Assembly (NCBI GenBank): GCA_046732835.1
Contig: JBKPNY010000122.1
Coordinates: 14,004-78,003, forward strand
DNA from: Gemmatimonadota bacterium
GTDB taxonomy: Bacteria > Gemmatimonadota > Gemmatimonadetes > Gemmatimonadales > Gemmatimonadaceae
DNA length: 64,000 nucleotides
Direction: 5' to 3'
The position numbers were made by a program, and so were the translations under genes. Below, in pieces: positions 9,401 through 18,397 of the stretch. How positions within the stretch are numbered: the stretch's first letter is position 1; the number at the start of each line of letters is the position of its first letter. The notes under the pieces are model-generated. The model worked only from the letters and a program-made list of their open reading frames with translations, did no database searches and was not told where the DNA came from.

Positions 9401-9517
9401 AATTACAGCGGCTTCGATCCAGAAGTTACGTCGGGCAACGACTTCAACTTCCGTATTGACGGCTTCCGTTATCCAAACTTCCGCACCGTTACCGGTCAGG
9501 TCGAGATCAGCTTCTGA
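6413..9517 (+). CDS. SusC/RagA-type TonB-dependent outer-membrane transporter (pair 2)
   Basis: The ATG at 6413 is preceded by gggagga and gives MKKVRKSLAALSRTALFLGLFGASSALA/QN. The protein has an N-terminal carboxypeptidase-regulatory-like domain, the TonB-box-like DEVVVTG, a Plug domain (VLKGAAGASFYGSDAANGVINITTKRG), a roughly 800-aa barrel and a terminal ...VEISF. Confidence 0.9.
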   Translation: MKKVRKSLAALSRTALFLGLFGASSALAQNAVITGKITNEQGQPVVGANVGLLNMGLGTTANSNGVYTITVPDDRASGQQATLTVRFIGMSPISRIIRLTPGSQNIDFAMKADPFRLDEVVVTGVSAATEQKKLTVSVAHVGEEQLKQVPASSPVAALAGKVAGAKINIGSGNPGAAPTIRLRGSTNLGIGNSTPVIIVDGVLTQNSIADIDANDIESVEVLKGAAGASFYGSDAANGVINITTKRGKNLPEDKVSFMIRSEYGTSSLQKYIPLAHDNFWELNPDGSIRLDATGGRVVKADHFADNPYATTGPNAWRNQLKEWSKNGEFISGNIQLGMRHGSTNFNTSYTSDHNAGVLPLTKGQYRQNIRLNVDQGLGDKLDFSSSITYGVNRNDYDPTDSQSWFNFMQMPPDLDLRNPNGNDTVAFFPKLPTTNSPSARENPLYILANNDFQLRRERIIGSLSGRWRPTDWLRVETSYGTDRLNRREKDYDRRGSLGEGGQAIPGNISQFTLNNVSDNATVNATITKRVGELNTTLRGAYLYEQSRNDNFFVSGTRFNVTDVPDLGALDPTQLATTSQIEIARSSNYLGSASLDFRDRYLVDGLVRSDGSSLFGEDARRNTFYRISGAYRIGEDLKIPGVQELKVRAARGTAGLRPNFLDQYEYYTVSGGQISKTQLGNKSLKPAIQTEDEFGLNASFAHRFDLEVVQANRLTKGAFLNIPLSLAASGGFSSQVQNAADVEGKTTELSLNTRVFSRPDFSYDFTLTGDHTTQKINKLGRAPFRVNAGGQSQDVFYYKEGENLGVIYGQRLVRTFAELKDNPANANAVESDYVVNPLGLLVKASTRGLPTERPIVYTAPDGQTTVKIGDVNPKFNFGFANNIRFKGFGVYALLDGQHGGDVYNFTKQWMFQDLRHGDSDMAGKPQDQKIAMDFFSAGLYNGLVASDYFVEDGSYVKLRELSVSYTLGQKMLAQTGLGRITSGVKLALIGRNLYTWTNYSGFDPEVTSGNDFNFRIDGFRYPNFRTVTGQVEISF

Positions 9518-9549
9518 TCTCGGCCCTGACGGGGGACTAATAACTCAAA

Positions 9550-11109
9550 ATGAGACCAATGAAAAAATTCCTTTCAGTCGCGAGTGCGGCGGCTCTTCTT
9601 CTCGGAAGCGCCTGCAACAATCTCGACGTAACCAATCCGAACAATCCGGATGTGGCGCGCGCACTGGCGTCACCCGAGGACGTGAAGAACATCGCGATCT
9701 CGACCATGAACTCGTGGTATCTCACGAGCACATACGTTGAGCCATACATCTCGATGTGCGTTACCGCGGATGCCTGCTCGGGCAACTTCGGAAACTTCGG
9801 CATGAGGTTCAACAACCTCGAGCCGCGCATTCCTTACGGCAACAACTCGGCAGGTGCTGATCGCACAGTCACCGAGTCGCCGTGGAACTTCAACTATCAG
9901 ACCTTGGGTGCAGCGAACGATGCCCTCCGTGCTTTTGCGGCAGGTATCAGCCTCGAGACTCCATCTGAGACGGCAAAGTTCAAATCGATCGCGCAGTTCA
10001 CGCAGGCCGCATCGATGATGAACCTTGCTCTCATCTTCGACAGAGCATTCGTCGTCGACGAGACCTTCGATGCAACCGCTGGTCCGCCGGAGCTCAAGCC
10101 TTACACCGAGGTTTCAGCAGCGGCTGCGGCAATGTTCGAAAAGACCATCGCCGACCTGAATGGTCAGAACGTGACGTACGATCCAACGGTGATTCCTACT
10201 ACCGTTGCGCTGACGTCGAGCAGACTTCAGCGGCTGTCGAACACGATGGAAGCGCTTCTCCTTGCCTACACCCCGCGTAAGGCTGCGGAAGTTGCCAGTG
10301 TAGACTGGGCGAAAGTTGCTTCGCTCGCCGACAAGGGAATCGGAACCGGCTCAGCCGGCGCTCCGTTCGACTTCATCGTGCAGGGTGACAACAACGTCTG
10401 GTACTCCTACATCGCGTTCTACGAAGATGAGAAGTCCTGGGTTTACGTTGACCAGCGCCTGATCCACAGAATGGACCCGAGCATTCCTGAGAAGTTCACC
10501 GGGACGATCGTTCCGCGCGGTACTTCACCTGATGCCAGGTACCTCTCGGATTACGGCTTCCAGAGCCCGGTCGTCGGAGATCCGAGCCGTGGTATTTACA
10601 TGCAGAGTCCGTTCTGGCACTCGCGTTATGTTGGACACGCGCGCCTTTCGGCGACTGCAGCCAGAACACCGGTACCTTACCTCCTCGCGGCAGAGAGCGA
10701 TCTCGTTCGCGCAGAGGCGTTGATCCGCAAGGCGGGACCTGATCTCGCAACTGCGGCAACACTCATCAACAACACCAGAGTGACGCGTGGTCACCTTCCT
10801 CCTGCTACCGCAGCGGAAGGAGCTACAACACTCCTGAGCTACATCGATTACGAGCGCGAGATCGAGCTGCACGCGACGAGCGGATTCACGCTCTTCCAGC
10901 GCAGACACGTCGACGGACTGCAGCCTGGCACGTACCGCCACCTGCCGATTCCGGCGAAGGAGCTCGAGACGCTTGCACTGCCGATCTACACCTTCGGTGG
11001 TGTTGGCAGCCCGGATCAGAACATACTGCTTCCTGATGGAACGCTGAGTGCACTTCGCTCGGCGCCGAAGCTTTCGAGAGCCCCGCTGTCTGAGGCAATC
11101 GAGCGCTAA
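9550..11109 (+). CDS. SusD/RagB-type outer-membrane lipoprotein (pair 2)
   Basis: The N-terminus is MRPMKKFLSVASAAALLLGSAC (lipobox); the start may be 9550 or 9559. The C-terminal part has AESDLVRAEALIRK...LINNTRVTRG, a SusD-like pattern. The gene starts 33 nt after the SusC stop. Confidence 0.75.
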   Translation: MRPMKKFLSVASAAALLLGSACNNLDVTNPNNPDVARALASPEDVKNIAISTMNSWYLTSTYVEPYISMCVTADACSGNFGNFGMRFNNLEPRIPYGNNSAGADRTVTESPWNFNYQTLGAANDALRAFAAGISLETPSETAKFKSIAQFTQAASMMNLALIFDRAFVVDETFDATAGPPELKPYTEVSAAAAAMFEKTIADLNGQNVTYDPTVIPTTVALTSSRLQRLSNTMEALLLAYTPRKAAEVASVDWAKVASLADKGIGTGSAGAPFDFIVQGDNNVWYSYIAFYEDEKSWVYVDQRLIHRMDPSIPEKFTGTIVPRGTSPDARYLSDYGFQSPVVGDPSRGIYMQSPFWHSRYVGHARLSATAARTPVPYLLAAESDLVRAEALIRKAGPDLATAATLINNTRVTRGHLPPATAAEGATTLLSYIDYEREIELHATSGFTLFQRRHVDGLQPGTYRHLPIPAKELETLALPIYTFGGVGSPDQNILLPDGTLSALRSAPKLSRAPLSEAIER

Positions 11110-11129
11110 GAATTCTTAGCGGAAGTAAG

Positions 11130-11168
11130 ATCGGGCGGATCCTCACTGGATCCGCCCGATTTTTTTCT
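11130..11168. terminator. Bidirectional terminator between SusD (pair 2) and metG
   Basis: Perfect 13-bp stem atcgggcggatcc / ggatccgcccgat with loop tcact, followed by tttttt. The T run abuts the metG stop codon on the other strand. Confidence 0.85.
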
Positions 11169-12780
11169 AGGTCTCTTTAGGAAAAAGTGGCGTTGATTTG
11201 GAAACGCGCCATCCCGCTGCGGTCAAACTGCTCAGCGCAGCGAATCTCTGATCATGCACGCTTCCGGGTGCGCCGAGCATTCGCCACAGCTCCTCGCATT
11301 TTGCGGGCATGAATGGCGCGAGACACACCGCCTGAATTGCAATCTCGCGCGCGAGTGATCCCAGCGTGCGATCCAGCTCTTTGTCATTCGCCGAATCTTT
11401 CGCGAGTTTCCACGGGGCCTGACGATCGACGAATTCGTTCGCGCGCGAGATCATCTTCCACACCGACTGCAGCGCGAGATGGAGCAGGTATCCTTCGCTC
11501 CCATCCATGGCGCGATGATATGCGCCGAGCGCAGCAGTAGTTGTTTCGTCGAGATCCCTGTCCGTTCCTTCGGGAATCACTCCAGCGCGATATCGCTCGA
11601 TCATCGAGACCGTTCGACTCGCGAGATTTCCGAACGCATTTGCGAGGTCCGCATTGTACCGCTCCTCGAAACGCTCCCACGCAAAGCTTCCGTCTGCATC
11701 GAATGGAACTTCGCGCAGAAGGAAATAGCGAAATGCATCGGTACCGTAGCGATTGATCGCTTCATCGATGTCGAGTCGAACGCCCGCCGACTTGCTGAAG
11801 CGCTCGCCTCCAAGCAGCACGAATCCGTGCGCCCACACTCTTCCCGGCAGCTCCAGACCAGCGGCCATGAGCATTGCCGGCCAGATGATCGAATGGAATC
11901 GCGTGATGTCCTTTCCGATTACGTGCAGGTCGGCAGGCCAGCGATTCGTGAATCCTTCAGCGGGATAGCCAGTCGCGGTGAGATAGTTTGGAAGAGCGTC
12001 AAACCACACGTACGTGGTTTGTGTTTCTCCATTCCCCGATGGACGCGGGAAGGGAACTCCCCACGAAAACCGCGAGCGGCTGGCGGAAATATCCTCGAGA
12101 CCCTGGTCGAGCAGAGCGAGCATTTCGTTTCGCCTGCTTTTTGGACCAAGGAAATTCTCTTCGGTCAGAAGCTGTCTGAGCCGATCGGTATAGGCGGATA
12201 GTCTGAAGAACCAGTTCTTCTCCGCGACCCACTGCAGCGTGCGTGTAGGATGAAGCACGCACTTGCCCTGTATGATCTCGTTGTCGTTCTTGAACGATTC
12301 ACATCCTACGCAGTACCAGCCTTCGTATTCCTTTTCGTAGAAGTCGTCAGGTGAATTCTCGAAGATCTGCTCGATCAGCGCGCGCACTCCAGCGTGGTGA
12401 TCGAGAGAAGTGGTTCTGATGAACTGATCGTTCGAGATGGACAGCTTCTTCCACATCGATTGAAAGCGCTCAGCGGTTTGATCGACGAGCGCCTTTGGCG
12501 TTATGCCGCGGTCCTGCGCTTCGGTCGCGACTTTCTGGCCGTGCTCATCCATGCCTACGAGAAAGTGCACGGTATCGCCGCAGAGCCGGCGATATCGCGC
12601 TATGGCATCAGCGCCGATCTTCTCGAATGCATGACCGAGATGAGGATCGCCGTTGGCATAGTCGATTGCGGTTGTGATGTAGAAGCGCGGCACTTCAGCG
12701 CTCGCCCTCGCCACCGCCTCTTCCGCGGCGTCCGCCGCGTCGTCCGCGCCGCCGGCGTGCGCCAGAATCATCGCGGTCAC
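11167..12780 (-). CDS. metG: Methionine--tRNA ligase
   Basis: FYITTAIDYANGDPHLGHAFEKI contains the HIGH-type motif and RFSKSAG is the KMSKS-type motif. The overall MetRS pattern includes the WYCVGCESF knuckle. The start is uncertain: ATG 12780 overlaps the upstream gene by 86 nt, whereas an in-frame GTG at 12693 lies 1 nt after that gene's TGA and just before ...PRFYITT. Confidence 0.9.
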   Translation of the reverse strand: MTAMILAHAGGADDAADAAEEAVARASAEVPRFYITTAIDYANGDPHLGHAFEKIGADAIARYRRLCGDTVHFLVGMDEHGQKVATEAQDRGITPKALVDQTAERFQSMWKKLSISNDQFIRTTSLDHHAGVRALIEQIFENSPDDFYEKEYEGWYCVGCESFKNDNEIIQGKCVLHPTRTLQWVAEKNWFFRLSAYTDRLRQLLTEENFLGPKSRRNEMLALLDQGLEDISASRSRFSWGVPFPRPSGNGETQTTYVWFDALPNYLTATGYPAEGFTNRWPADLHVIGKDITRFHSIIWPAMLMAAGLELPGRVWAHGFVLLGGERFSKSAGVRLDIDEAINRYGTDAFRYFLLREVPFDADGSFAWERFEERYNADLANAFGNLASRTVSMIERYRAGVIPEGTDRDLDETTTAALGAYHRAMDGSEGYLLHLALQSVWKMISRANEFVDRQAPWKLAKDSANDKELDRTLGSLAREIAIQAVCLAPFMPAKCEELWRMLGAPGSVHDQRFAALSSLTAAGWRVSKSTPLFPKET

Positions 12781-13819
12781 CAGCGCGCGTCGCCTCGGAG
12801 CTGCCGTTTCCGTTTTCGTTCTCGCTCCCGTTGCCTGTCGCGACTGGGTCTCCAGCCGACTCCATGACGATCGTCTCGCGGATCAGTGGCAGCTCGTGCT
12901 CGGTGGTGTACATCAGCTCAGGTGATATCTCGAACGCCGCCTCAGTGGTTTCTTCTTCGACGGCGTCATTCGGAGGGATCTTTCCTCCCGCTTGAGCGAC
13001 CTCGCGATTGAAATCGTTCAGCGATAAAGTGCGTGCTTCGCCTTCGCTCGACTTGAGCGCAACGCGTTCGCGAAAGATGTCGATCGTGAGAATCTTCTCT
13101 TCGCCTTTCGACGTGACCACGACTTTCCCTTCTTTCGGAAAGCGTTTTCTCGACTGCACATAGAATTCATGCTCGTAACGAAGACAGCACATGAGTCGGC
13201 CGCAGGCACCGGAGATCTGAGCGGGATTGAGCGAAAGCCGCTGATCCTTGGCGACGCCAAGATTTACAGGGCGCAGCTCAGGCAGCCACGATGCCGAGCA
13301 ATACTGGCGGCCGCAGCGTCCGATTCCGTCGAGCCGCTTTGCCTCGTCGCGAACACCGATCTGCTTGAGCTCGATGCGCGTGCGAAAAAGTGAAGCGAGA
13401 TCGCGCACGAGATTTCTGAAATCAACGCGCTTTTCGGCGGTAAAGTAGAACGTCAGCTTCTTCTTGTCCCACTGCCATTCGGCATCAGTGAGCTTCATCG
13501 CGAGGCTGTTAGCGCGAACGCGCTCCATCGCTTTTCGCCGCGCGTCTTCGTTCTGCTTTGAAAGCTCGGTTGCGGTCGCCTTGTCTTTCGCAGTTGCGAG
13601 GCGGAGCGCTTTTCTCGTAGGCGCGCTGTTTCCGCACCCATGCGAGCAGCCGCCGTTTCTCACCTGCGCGAGCTCGCCAAGCGAATGGACGTAACCCAGA
13701 TCCTCCCCTCGATCGACGTCGACTATGACAGCCGATTTGACTGCGGGTGGATCAGGATAGTCCCAGAGAAAAAATTCCTTTCTATTGCCTCGAAAGGCGA
13801 CTTCCACTAAATGAGCCAT
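12695..13819 (-). CDS. PSP1 C-terminal domain protein (YaaT/RicT-like) with an Arg/Gly-rich tail
   Basis: FYFTAEKRVDFRNLVRDLASLFRTRIELKQIGVRDEAKRLDGIGRCGRQYCSASWL and GACGRLMCCLRYEHEFY are hallmark PSP1/YaaT motifs. The likely start is ATG 13819 (MAHLVEVAFRGN...). The tail is ...RRRRGRRGGRRGRGGGEGER. Confidence 0.8.
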   Translation of the reverse strand: MAHLVEVAFRGNRKEFFLWDYPDPPAVKSAVIVDVDRGEDLGYVHSLGELAQVRNGGCSHGCGNSAPTRKALRLATAKDKATATELSKQNEDARRKAMERVRANSLAMKLTDAEWQWDKKKLTFYFTAEKRVDFRNLVRDLASLFRTRIELKQIGVRDEAKRLDGIGRCGRQYCSASWLPELRPVNLGVAKDQRLSLNPAQISGACGRLMCCLRYEHEFYVQSRKRFPKEGKVVVTSKGEEKILTIDIFRERVALKSSEGEARTLSLNDFNREVAQAGGKIPPNDAVEEETTEAAFEISPELMYTTEHELPLIRETIVMESAGDPVATGNGSENENGNGSSEATRAGDRDDSGARRRRGRRGGRRGRGGGEGER

Positions 13820-13846
13820 ATAATAAATCTTGGGGACGCCAGACAC

Positions 13847-13918
13847 CGGTCGACGGTCGCCGGTCTCCGGTCTCCGGCGTCCGGCGTCCGGCGTCCGGTG
13901 TCCGGTGTCCGGTGTCCG
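13847..13918. repeat. Tandem heptanucleotide array (about 10 units of CGGNNTC) in the accA/PSP1 spacer
   Basis: Read directly on the + strand: cggtcga, cggtcgc, cggtctc x2, cggcgtc x3, cggtgtc x3. The variants occur in homogeneous blocks. The array lies between the accA stop (13921) and the PSP1-like start (13819). Confidence 0.9.
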
Positions 13919-13920
13919 TT

Positions 13921-14892
13921 CTATTCAGACCATTGCCCCAGTCGGAGGAATTTCTGACGCCGCCGGCGAACCAGCTTTTCGGGGCGCAGCTTGCGCAGCT
14001 CCTCGAGATGCCGATTGAGCGTCTCCTGTAATACCCTCGCCGTCGTAGCGTGATCGGTATGAGCACCGCCGGGAGGTTCCGGCACTATCTCATCGATCAC
14101 ACGCAGCTCGAACAGATCCGGTGCCGTGATTCTCAGCGCCGATGCCGCTTTCTCACGCATTTCCGGACTCTTTCCATCCTTCCATAGAATAGTAGCGCAG
14201 CCTTCGACCGAGATCACCGAGTACACAGCGTTTTCCAGCATCAGAACGCGATCGGCAACTCCGAGGGCCAGCGCTCCACCAGATCCACCCTCGCCAATGA
14301 CCGTGGCGATAATTGGGACAGTCAGCTGGCTCATCTCGAGAAGATTGCGCGCGATCGCCTCCGACTGCCCGCGCTCTTCAGCGCCAATTCCCGCCCATGC
14401 CCCCATAGTATCGATGAAAGTGATCACCGGGACATGGAATTTTTCCGCGAGCTTCATGAGCCGCAGCGCTTTTCGGTAACCCTCAGGATGCGGCATGCCG
14501 AAGTTGCGCTTGAGGAGCTCCTTGGTGTCGCGCCCGCGCTGATGGCCGATGACCATCACCGTTTCTCCATCGAGTCGCGCCCAGCCGGCAATGATCGCAG
14601 GGTCATCGCGGAATGCGCGATCACCATGCAGCTCTATGAAATCTGTGAAAACCAGATCGATCAGCTCTGACGTGAACGGGCGCTTCGGGCTACGTGCAAC
14701 CTGCACCCGCTGAAACGGCGTGAGATTGCGGTAGATCTCCTCGCGCAGCTCGGCAAGCTTCTTCTCGAGCGGTGCGATTTCATCCGCGACGTTCATCTGT
14801 CTTTCACCGGCGAGCCGCTTGAGCTCGTCGATCTGCCTCTCCAGCTCTACGATCGGTTTTTCGAAATCCAGCGATTGAGTGGATGTCGCCAA
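13921..14892 (-). CDS. accA: Acetyl-CoA carboxylase carboxyltransferase subunit alpha
   Basis: [21 protein letters not shown]..., [59 protein letters not shown] and [13 protein letters not shown] form the canonical AccA pattern. The TTG start at 14892 directly abuts the dnaE stop. Confidence 0.9.
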   Translation of the reverse strand: MATSTQSLDFEKPIVELERQIDELKRLAGERQMNVADEIAPLEKKLAELREEIYRNLTPFQRVQVARSPKRPFTSELIDLVFTDFIELHGDRAFRDDPAIIAGWARLDGETVMVIGHQRGRDTKELLKRNFGMPHPEGYRKALRLMKLAEKFHVPVITFIDTMGAWAGIGAEERGQSEAIARNLLEMSQLTVPIIATVIGEGGSGGALALGVADRVLMLENAVYSVISVEGCATILWKDGKSPEMREKAASALRITAPDLFELRVIDEIVPEPPGGAHTDHATTARVLQETLNRHLEELRKLRPEKLVRRRRQKFLRLGQWSE

Positions 14893-17800
14893 CTATCTGC
14901 TCCCGCGTTGCAGGCGCACCGAGTCGTTCCCGAGAAGCGAGCGCAGCTCGCCAAGGGCGGTCGAATTGACCGCCAGGGTCAAACTGCGGGAACGCAGGGT
15001 CGCCCGCAACCCGTTACCATCTGAGTATTCCACTTCCAGAGGCACCGTCCCGGGATACGCCTCGACGATGGATTTGAGCTCACGCATGGTCTCAGGCATT
15101 CGCGACGGGTCTTTCCTCAGCGTGATGGAGATCATCACCTGACCATTGGCCCTGAGCTCGGTAAGCTTCTGAACCGAATCGACGACAAATGACGGATTCT
15201 CCGCATCCTGATCGCGGCGGCCGTAGGCTCCGCGCATCAGCACCGGAACATCCGTCTTCATGAATTCGGCAAGAGCTGACCATTTCTCCGGAAACACCAT
15301 CACTTCGCACGAGCCCGAAAAATCCTCGATGGTGAGACGCGCATACTCTGCACCAGTGCGCTTGCTGAGCTGGCGCTTGACAGCTGTTACAACAACACAC
15401 AACGCCATCTGCTCGGGACTCCACTTGCCAAGGTCCGCGACTTTGTGAGTCGCGAACAGCTCGCATTCCGTTGTAAAGGGCTCGAGCGGATGTCCTGAAG
15501 TGTAAAAACCGAGAATCTCTTTTTCGCGCGCGAGCCTGATCGATTCCGTCCACGGTGCAATGTTCGGCAGTGTGTGCTGCACGTGCGAATGACCGGCATC
15601 GGAGGAGGGCGATCCAAACATCGACACCTGTCCTGAAGCGATCTCTTCCTGCTTGAGCGACGCCTCGTTGATCGCAGCATCGAGCACAGTCATGTACTGC
15701 GCGCGGTGTCCGCCCAGACTGTCGAGCGCACCCGATTGAATCAGCGCTTCGAATACTCTCTTGTTGCACACGCGAAGATCCACACGCTCGGCAAGATCGA
15801 AGATCGACTTGATCGGAGATTTTTCTTTCGCCGCGAGAATGGAATCGATAGCCGACTTGCCGACGTTCCTGATTCCACCAAGTCCAAATCGAATTCTCTT
15901 GTCAGCGACAACCGTGAACTTGTACCCTGATTCGTTTACGTCCGGAGGAAGTATCTCGATACCGAGCTCGCGCGCTTCGTTGATGTACTTCACGACGCTG
16001 TCGGTATCTCCGATCATCGCTGACATCAGCGCAGCCATGAAGTCGGCTGGGTGATGGCGCTTGAGCCACGCGGTGTGATACGAGATAATCGAGTACGCGA
16101 CCGAGTGCGACTTGTTGAATCCATAGCGGCCGAACGTCTCGATCTGTCCCGAGATGTCCTCGATGATCCTCCGATCGTATCCGCGTGCGATTGCCTTGCT
16201 GACAAATTTTCCGAGCTCAGCGCGAATCAGCTCCGGATCTTTCTTGCCTACCGCTTTTCGCAGCACGTCAGCTTCGGAGAGCGAAATGCCCGCGAGCTTC
16301 TGCGCAATGCGCATCACCTGCTCCTGATAGGTGATGACGCCGTACGTTGTGCTGAGAATTTCCTCCAGCTCAGGCAACGCGTAGGTGACGGGCTCTTCGC
16401 CCTTCTTGCGACGGATGTAGACCTTGTGCATTCCCGCGTCGAGCGGGCCGGGCCGCATCAACGCATTCGATGCGACGAGATCGTCGAAACGGTCTGCGCG
16501 CATGCTGCGCACCATGTCTGTCGCGAGCGGCGACTCGAACTGAAACACTCCGGCAGTTTTTCCTGCGCGCAGCATGCGAAATGTTTCTTCATCATCGAGC
16601 GGAAGTGCGTCGAGATCAGGTGCGCTTCCCGTACGCGACTTAATCGACGCGAGTGCATCCTTGATGATCGTGAGCGTCGTGAGGCCGAGGAAATCCATCT
16701 TCAGCATTCCGGCCTTCTCTAGCGCGTTCATGTCGTATTGCGTTACGACAATAGAATCTTCTCGATCGGCACCCGCGCCCTTTGAGCTCTGAGTGCACAC
16801 CGGTACGTACTCGTCGAGCGGACCGGGCGCGATTACAACTCCTGCTGCGTGCACTCCTGCGTGACGAGACAGGCCTTCGAGGGAGATCGCGTAATCGAGC
16901 AGCGTGCGATAGCGCTCATCGTCGCGATACAGTTTTTTGACTTCCGGAACTCTGTCGATCGCTTCCTGAACAGTGAGCGAGAAGTTCGGCATGTTCGGAA
17001 TCAGCTTCGCCAGCGCATCTGTCTCCGCCGGAGTGAAGCCCAGCGTGCGCCCGACATCTTTCACTGCCGCACGCGACTTGAGCGTTCCGAAGGTGATGAT
17101 CTGTCCTACTGAATCACGTCCGTATTTCTCGCGCACATAGTCGATCACTTCGCCGCGCCGCTCGAAATCGAAGTCGACGTCGATGTCCGGCATCGAGATG
17201 CGCTCAGGATTCAGGAAGCGCTCGAACAGCAGGTCGAACGTGAGTGGACAGATATCGGTGATGCGGAGACAGTATGCGACCAGCGAGCCTGCCGCCGATC
17301 CACGACCCGGTCCGACAGGAATTCCCTTCGCGCGCGCTGCAGCGATGAAATCAGCAACGATCAGGAAGTATCCGGCGTATCCCGTTTTCGTGATAACGTC
17401 GAGCTCGTACTTGAGCCGCTCCTGAACTTCATTCGACAACTCTGCACCGTAGCGCTCGTGCGCGCCCTTTTCCGCCAGAGTTACGAGAAGCTCGTTCTCG
17501 GTCTTTACGTCTGGTGGAAGCGGAAACGCAGGAACCTGATACTGTTTCGATAGTTTTACTCCCGCTTCTTCTCCGATCCTGAGCGTGTTCTCGATTACAT
17601 CAGGCCGATCAGGAAATGAGCTTCGTATCTCGTCGACGTTCTTGAAGTACAATCCTTCGTCGTACCGCATGCGATCGGTGGACGTGTAATCCTTGCCGAG
17701 TCCGATGCAGAGAAGAATGTCGTGAGAGTCGTGATCTTCGCGGCGAAGGAAATGCGCGTCATTCGTTGCGACGACTGGAAGGCTCAGCTCCGAAGCGAGC

Positions 17801-18372
17801 TTCAGCACGCGACGGTTCAGCTCGGCTTGTCCTTCAGAGTTGTGGGCTTGTACTTCGAGGTAGTAATTGTCCCTGAAGACATCGGCATACCACGACGCCG
17901 CCTCGCGCGCTCCTTCCCAGTTGTCGCGGAGAAGATTGGAGGCAACTTCACCTGCCATGCACGCCGAGCTTACAATCAGACCTTCGTTGTATTTCGCGAG
18001 CAGCTCGCGGTCGACGCGCGGGCGCGAATAGAAACCTTCCGTGTACGCGAGCGACGAAAGCTTCACGAGATTTCGATAACCGATCTCGTTCTTTGCAAGA
18101 ACTACCAGATGGAAGTACGGCTTTCTGTTGCCCTCGCGCTCTTTGGTGCGGCGGTCACCGGGCGCGACATAAGCTTCCATACCCAGAAGGGGACGGATGC
18201 CGGCTTTATGAGCTTTTTCCTGGAATTCCCAGGCGCAGTGCATGTTGCCGTGATCGGTGATCGCAAGAGCGGGCTGCTCGAATTCGAGCGCCCGCTCGAT
18301 CAGGTCATCGATCCTGTTTGCGCCGTCGAGAAGGGAATATTCGGTATGACAGTGAAGATGAACGAAGGACAC
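14893..18372 (-). CDS. dnaE: DNA polymerase III subunit alpha
   Basis: MSFVHLHCHTEYSLLDGA is the PHP domain start. The protein is 1159 aa with the DnaE pattern throughout (GYFLIVADFI..., PDIDVDF, FNKSHSVAYS). Confidence 0.95.
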   Translation of the reverse strand: MSFVHLHCHTEYSLLDGANRIDDLIERALEFEQPALAITDHGNMHCAWEFQEKAHKAGIRPLLGMEAYVAPGDRRTKEREGNRKPYFHLVVLAKNEIGYRNLVKLSSLAYTEGFYSRPRVDRELLAKYNEGLIVSSACMAGEVASNLLRDNWEGAREAASWYADVFRDNYYLEVQAHNSEGQAELNRRVLKLASELSLPVVATNDAHFLRREDHDSHDILLCIGLGKDYTSTDRMRYDEGLYFKNVDEIRSSFPDRPDVIENTLRIGEEAGVKLSKQYQVPAFPLPPDVKTENELLVTLAEKGAHERYGAELSNEVQERLKYELDVITKTGYAGYFLIVADFIAAARAKGIPVGPGRGSAAGSLVAYCLRITDICPLTFDLLFERFLNPERISMPDIDVDFDFERRGEVIDYVREKYGRDSVGQIITFGTLKSRAAVKDVGRTLGFTPAETDALAKLIPNMPNFSLTVQEAIDRVPEVKKLYRDDERYRTLLDYAISLEGLSRHAGVHAAGVVIAPGPLDEYVPVCTQSSKGAGADREDSIVVTQYDMNALEKAGMLKMDFLGLTTLTIIKDALASIKSRTGSAPDLDALPLDDEETFRMLRAGKTAGVFQFESPLATDMVRSMRADRFDDLVASNALMRPGPLDAGMHKVYIRRKKGEEPVTYALPELEEILSTTYGVITYQEQVMRIAQKLAGISLSEADVLRKAVGKKDPELIRAELGKFVSKAIARGYDRRIIEDISGQIETFGRYGFNKSHSVAYSIISYHTAWLKRHHPADFMAALMSAMIGDTDSVVKYINEARELGIEILPPDVNESGYKFTVVADKRIRFGLGGIRNVGKSAIDSILAAKEKSPIKSIFDLAERVDLRVCNKRVFEALIQSGALDSLGGHRAQYMTVLDAAINEASLKQEEIASGQVSMFGSPSSDAGHSHVQHTLPNIAPWTESIRLAREKEILGFYTSGHPLEPFTTECELFATHKVADLGKWSPEQMALCVVVTAVKRQLSKRTGAEYARLTIEDFSGSCEVMVFPEKWSALAEFMKTDVPVLMRGAYGRRDQDAENPSFVVDSVQKLTELRANGQVMISITLRKDPSRMPETMRELKSIVEAYPGTVPLEVEYSDGNGLRATLRSRSLTLAVNSTALGELRSLLGNDSVRLQRGSR

Positions 18373-18397
18373 ATCTCATTATAACGCTGAACGGCAG

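Noticed and set aside
13847-13918. CRISPR-like array.
   Set aside because: The units are 7 nt long and contiguous without spacers, and no cas genes are present. It is a microsatellite-type tandem repeat.
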